Below the pieces are notes generated by a model. The model was given only the letters and a program-made list of their open reading frames with translations. It ran no database searches and had not been told where the DNA came from. DNA of 11,950 nucleotides, from the NCBI GenBank assembly GCA_036337435.1, contig JAYZEG010000087.1, positions 1 to 11,950 on the forward strand, given 5' to 3'. This document shows, in pieces, positions 7,867-11,950 of this stretch. The first letter of the stretch is position 1. The number at the start of each line of letters is the position of its first letter. The stretch comes from Myxococcota bacterium (GTDB taxonomy: Bacteria > Myxococcota_A > Bradymonadia > UBA7976 > UBA1532). The translations under genes were made by a program, and so were the position numbers.

Positions 7867-9044
7867 CCTCCCCCTATTCTCGTTTTCTTGAGCAGATTTA
7901 TAGTCTGACGCGTTTTGGCGAAAAAATGTCATTGGATGGTCCTCGTGCACTGCATGATGCGTTAGGCCGTCCCCTCGACCGGTATCCCTCGATTCTTATC
8001 GGCGGTACAAATGGTAAAGGCAGCACATGCGCATTTTTGGAACGTCTGATCCGCGATTGTGGACTCAAAACTGGATTATTTACCTCTCCCCATCTCAATT
8101 CGTTCACGGAGCGAATCCGAATTAACGGCCAACCCATCCATCGCGATTGGCTCATTCAGCACTCCGATGAAGTTCTTCATTGGGCAAATAACCATGGGGG
8201 GTCTTTTTTTGAAGCGGCTTGGGGTCTCGCAAGCCGGGCTTTTGCGGATGAAAAGGTGGATGTCGCTATCTGGGAAGTCGGCTTGGGCGGGCGATTAGAT
8301 GCAACGAACGTGGCAGAGCCGGCGATTAGTTGCATCACCAGCATTGGTTTAGATCACACTCAGGTTCTCGGTTCGACGCTCGAAGAGATTGCCCGGGAAA
8401 AAAGTGCAATTTTCAGAACTGGTCGTCCCGGACTTTCAGCCGCAACCGGGCCCGGCCTCATCGCCCTAGAGAGCGTCGCAAAGACCCGGTTCCGGCAAGT
8501 AAACATGCTCAATTCTGACGTCACGCTTTCACTTCCAGGTGCTCATCAACACCGAAATGCGAGTTTGGCTTGGGCCGCTGCAGAGGCGTTCGGATTGCAT
8601 CCATCTTATGACTCTCTGGCTCAAGTCTGTTGGCCTGGTCGTTGCGAGTTGGTTGAGAGCTTTGTTCTCGATTGTGCCCACAACCCACATGCGATGCGGG
8701 CACTGGGTGATTGGATGAAAGCTGAAGGGCTGCTCGGAATTCCGGTCATTTTTGGGGCGATGGAGGGTAAGAACCATCGGGAAATGGCGTCCATCGTTGA
8801 ATCCCTGACAGATTCGATCACCTTGGTTACCCCTGATTATCCCCGTCGGATTTCTGCCCAAGCTTTGAAAGGTTTTTTCAGAAAACCAGTCGAACTGATT
8901 GATGATGTTCGAGATGCACTGTCAAGGGCATACCCGCGACCAAAAACCTTAGTCTGCGGCTCCAGCTTTCTCATCGCTGAAGCCCGAGCCCATTTACTGA
9001 GTCTTGAGTATCCGGAGTGTGGTCTGCGGACCCAAGCCCGATAA
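7863..9044 (+). CDS. folC: Folylpolyglutamate synthase / dihydrofolate synthase family ligase
   Basis: GTNGKGST P-loop, FTSPHL..F.ERIRING, EVGLGGRLDATNV, ITSIGLDH, HQ..NA, WPGR, LDCAHNP, CGS. ATG 7863 overlaps the upstream TGA (ATGA). Confidence 0.92.
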   Translation: MTSPYSRFLEQIYSLTRFGEKMSLDGPRALHDALGRPLDRYPSILIGGTNGKGSTCAFLERLIRDCGLKTGLFTSPHLNSFTERIRINGQPIHRDWLIQHSDEVLHWANNHGGSFFEAAWGLASRAFADEKVDVAIWEVGLGGRLDATNVAEPAISCITSIGLDHTQVLGSTLEEIAREKSAIFRTGRPGLSAATGPGLIALESVAKTRFRQVNMLNSDVTLSLPGAHQHRNASLAWAAAEAFGLHPSYDSLAQVCWPGRCELVESFVLDCAHNPHAMRALGDWMKAEGLLGIPVIFGAMEGKNHREMASIVESLTDSITLVTPDYPRRISAQALKGFFRKPVELIDDVRDALSRAYPRPKTLVCGSSFLIAEARAHLLSLEYPECGLRTQAR

Positions 9045-9231
9045 ATTGGCGTTTATCGGTCAAAACCATGCACTTTGCCCTTGGCTTATGATTGCGGCAA
9101 TGCTTTGCTATCCACGTAACGAGACTGTGCGAGACTGACCCACGCGTTTTAATCGAGGAAAGTATCAACAAACGCCAAAACCGATTACACTGATAAGCAT
9201 GAAACCGAGCTTGTCATAGTAGACCAAATCA

Positions 9232-10161
9232 ATGACCCAACTGATCACCATCACAGAACCGCGAACGACCAAGTTCACATTGAACCGGGAACAAAGGCGT
9301 GTCCGAAAGCGCGAGCCTGGGCCACGGCCCCCTTGGTTGACGGTTCGCTACAATCGAAACCGGACATTCTCAGCGGTTGAGGACACCAAAACAGGTCTCG
9401 GATTAGTGACGGTTTGCGAAGAAGCCATGTGTCCTAATATCGATGAGTGCTGGAGTGCTGGAACGGCTACTTTCATGCTCATGGGAGAGATCTGTACGCG
9501 GCGGTGTGGATTTTGTGCCGTCCAAAAAGGAATGCCTCGTCCGTTGGATGCAGATGAGCCTCAGAAAATAGCTGAAGCCATCGCAAAGATGGGGGTTCAA
9601 CATGCGGTGATTACGAGTGTCAATCGAGATGAATTACCTGATGGCGGGGCCGCACATATCGCGTCGACCGTCGATGCAATTCGTGCATTGGTACCTCAAA
9701 CAACCATCGAGTTGTTGATCCCCGACCATCTTGGCCAGCGAGAGGCGATAGAGCTTATCCTAGACTCTGGACCGAATATCGTGGCCCACAATATGGAAAC
9801 TGTTGAGCGATTATACCGCCGGGTCCGCCCGCAGGCGTTGTACCGTCGAAGCCTCGATGTCCTCAGCTGGATCGGTGAGCGAGATGGCATCATCTCGAAA
9901 ACCGGATTGATGATGGGTTTGGGCGAGACCGATTCCGAGGTATTTGACGTGATGCAAGACCTGCGAGCGGTCGACTGCGAAATCTTCACAGTGGGACAGT
10001 ATCTGTCGCCGACGACGCGGCACCTGCCGGTGGAGCGTTGGGTGACACCTGACACCTTTGATGAAATCGCTGAACTTGGGCGGCAACTGGGGTTTTCTCA
10101 TGTTGAGTCTGGCCCGCTGGTTCGGTCGAGTTATATGGCGCATAGGGCGATTGAACATTGA
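9232..10161 (+). CDS. lipA: Lipoyl synthase (radical SAM)
   Basis: Auxiliary cluster motif CEEAMCPNIDEC, radical SAM motif CTRRCGFC, HNMETV, GQYL.P and C-terminal GPLVRSSY. Exact start uncertain because there is no clear RBS. Confidence 0.97.
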   Translation: MTQLITITEPRTTKFTLNREQRRVRKREPGPRPPWLTVRYNRNRTFSAVEDTKTGLGLVTVCEEAMCPNIDECWSAGTATFMLMGEICTRRCGFCAVQKGMPRPLDADEPQKIAEAIAKMGVQHAVITSVNRDELPDGGAAHIASTVDAIRALVPQTTIELLIPDHLGQREAIELILDSGPNIVAHNMETVERLYRRVRPQALYRRSLDVLSWIGERDGIISKTGLMMGLGETDSEVFDVMQDLRAVDCEIFTVGQYLSPTTRHLPVERWVTPDTFDEIAELGRQLGFSHVESGPLVRSSYMAHRAIEH

Positions 10162-10178
10162 GATTTAATTCACGAACT

Positions 10179-10207
10179 TTGGCGAAATGCCGAATTTACA
10201 AGATACT
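10179..10207 (+). promoter_or_regulatory. Putative sigma70-type promoter for sucA
   Basis: TTGGCG-17 nt-GATACT, each hexamer matching consensus at 4 of 6 positions, about 80 nt upstream of the sucA ATG. Confidence 0.3.
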
Positions 10208-10285
10208 GTCCGAAAACCAGCCGGCGTCAGATGGCAGCCATCGTGTTTTCCATCCAAATGAGACCGGCGATGCGGGGACCAAGAA

Positions 10286-11950
10286 ATGAGTGAAATACTG
10301 CCTGAATTCCTAGGCCAAAATCTGGAATTTGTAGAGACCTTGTATAAGCAGTTCGTCGAGGACCCAGACTCCGTTCCGGCTGAATGGAAAGAGTATTTTG
10401 AACTCTGGACCGACCACAGCGAGCTGGCGCAAGGACTGTATGCTCGAGAGGCACGGGACAACAGTGTATTTCGACCCAGCTCAATAGAGACAAACACGGC
10501 TGGCCAAACGATGCAGTCGGCCATCATGCAGGAACGCCTTGATCGGCTCGTCCGCGCCTACCGCGTCCGCGGGCACATGGTGGCGAAGCTTGACCCTCTG
10601 GGGTTTCCAAGGGCTGGTCACCCCGAGTTGGAGCCCAGTTATTACGGCTTTACCGAAGCTGACCTAGACCAGGAGTTTTCCGCCGCGAATTTATCGGGGC
10701 CACCGGTTCTCAGTCTGCGGAACATCCTCGAGCGGTTACAAACAACATACTGTGGAAAGCTCGGTTTGCAATTCATGCATATCGATGACCTGCGTACGAA
10801 AAACTGGCTTCAGACCTATGTTGAATCCAGCTTAAACAAAGTTTCGATGACCCGTGATATGCAGTTGCAAGTGCTCAGCAAGCTCACCGATGCAGAATTG
10901 TTCGAGCAGTTCATTCACAAGAAGTTTCTTGGTGCAAAGAGGTTTTCGCTTGAAGGTGGTGAGACCCTGATTCCCTTGGTTGATCTCGCCCTTGACGCAG
11001 CGGCACTGGATGGAATCGGTGAAGCCGTCATTGGGATGGCGCATCGTGGGCGACTCAATATCTTAGCGAATGTCATGGGCAAGCCGGCAGCTCAGATCTT
11101 TCACGAGTTCAACGACGTTGATGGCGCACGTCATCTGGGTCGAGGTGACGTCAAGTACCACCTCGGCTTCAGTTCCGATCACGAGACCAGCTCGGGCAAG
11201 ATGATTCACCTGTCGCTCTGTTTCAATCCCAGCCATTTGGAGTTTGTCGGCCCTGTTTTGGTCGGGCGAGTGCGTGCCAAACAAGATCGAGTTTTGGACA
11301 AGAATCGGAAGAAGGTGCTGCCCATTTTGATCCACGGTGATGCGGCCTTTGCCGGCCAGGGGGTTGTGGCTGAAATGCTGAACATGAGTGAGCTGCCTGG
11401 CTACGGCGTTGGGGGCACTCTGCATATCATCGTCAACAATCAGATCGGGTTTACTACCTCGCCAGAATATTCCCGGTCGAGTCCGTATCCATCGGACGTT
11501 GCCAAATTACTTCAAATTCCTATTATCCACGTAAACGGGGAAGACCCTGAGGCTGTCACTCAGGCGATAAAATTAGCGATGGACTTCCGCAGAGAATTCC
11601 AAAAAGACGTGGTCATCGATCTATGGTGTTATAGGCTCTATGGGCATAATGAGGGGGACGACCCCGCTTTCACGCAGCCTGTCTTATATTCCGCCATCAG
11701 ACGTCGAAAAACTGTTCGCGAAGCCTACCTGGACAATTTGCTGAAGTTGGGCTCTGTGTCTCATGAAGATGCAAAAGAAATTGTCGATACAAGCCTTGAG
11801 AGCTTGAATATTGCACTCAAAGAAGCAGCCTCCGACGACTTCGTGTATCGGGAAGATAAGAATCGTGGCTTGTGGGCGGCCTATACGGGTGGCTCCATGC
11901 GAAACTTGCCCGAAGCGCTGACTGGAGTCGCCAAAAGCCGTTTGAAGAAA
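10286..11950 (+). CDS. sucA: 2-oxoglutarate dehydrogenase E1 component (3'-truncated by window)
   Basis: Absent from the ORF track because no stop falls in the window. Manual translation gives MSEILPEFLGQNLEFVETLYKQFVEDPDSVPAEWKEYF, AYRVRGH..AKLDPLG, KRFSLEGGE, GMAHRGRLN, GDVKYHLG, NPSHLE, HGDAAFAGQG, NNQIGFTT and GHNEGDDP, all in one frame. GGGGA RBS at 10274-10278. Confidence 0.97.
   Translation, partial: MSEILPEFLGQNLEFVETLYKQFVEDPDSVPAEWKEYFELWTDHSELAQGLYAREARDNSVFRPSSIETNTAGQTMQSAIMQERLDRLVRAYRVRGHMVAKLDPLGFPRAGHPELEPSYYGFTEADLDQEFSAANLSGPPVLSLRNILERLQTTYCGKLGLQFMHIDDLRTKNWLQTYVESSLNKVSMTRDMQLQVLSKLTDAELFEQFIHKKFLGAKRFSLEGGETLIPLVDLALDAAALDGIGEAVIGMAHRGRLNILANVMGKPAAQIFHEFNDVDGARHLGRGDVKYHLGFSSDHETSSGKMIHLSLCFNPSHLEFVGPVLVGRVRAKQDRVLDKNRKKVLPILIHGDAAFAGQGVVAEMLNMSELPGYGVGGTLHIIVNNQIGFTTSPEYSRSSPYPSDVAKLLQIPIIHVNGEDPEAVTQAIKLAMDFRREFQKDVVIDLWCYRLYGHNEGDDPAFTQPVLYSAIRRRKTVREAYLDNLLKLGSVSHEDAKEIVDTSLESLNIALKEAASDDFVYREDKNRGLWAAYTGGSMRNLPEALTGVAKSRLKK

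Noticed and set aside
9082..9108. Two sigma54-like GGC...TTGC elements upstream of lipA
   Set aside because: The GG-to-GC spacing is 9 nt in both, whereas sigma54 requires 10.
4516..10242. Shared GC-W-GC centred palindromes at 4516-4528 and 10230-10242 as a REP-like family
   Set aside because: The arms differ in sequence and two short examples are within chance.
10165..11425. Minus-strand ORFs listed in the track in the last 1.8 kb
   Set aside because: They lie opposite sucA, which is the real gene and is missing from the track only because it runs off the window.

Overview
Gene-dense bacterial core-genome window, probably Myxococcota or a related delta-proteobacterial lineage (inferred from a PEGA protein with a PWY..W.W membrane tail and a delta-type IHF-beta). 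Left to right: 3' end of a PEGA-domain protein and a coupled small membrane protein (+); dnaE, ihfB and a phytoene-desaturase-like FAD-fold protein (-); a translationally coupled trio of GT2 glycosyltransferase, DUF2064/TIGR04282 CofC-like protein and folC (+); lipA; and the 5' part of sucA, which the ORF track misses. No mobile element, CRISPR array, tRNA or rRNA was seen. Best leads: (1) DnaE has lost 5 of the 9 PHP metal ligands; (2) the GT2-DUF2064-FolC operon may modify a cofactor; (3) the flavoprotein has a degenerate Rossmann motif; (4) three intergenic regions look structured, including a possible sucA leader RNA. All calls come from reading motifs by eye; no searches were run.
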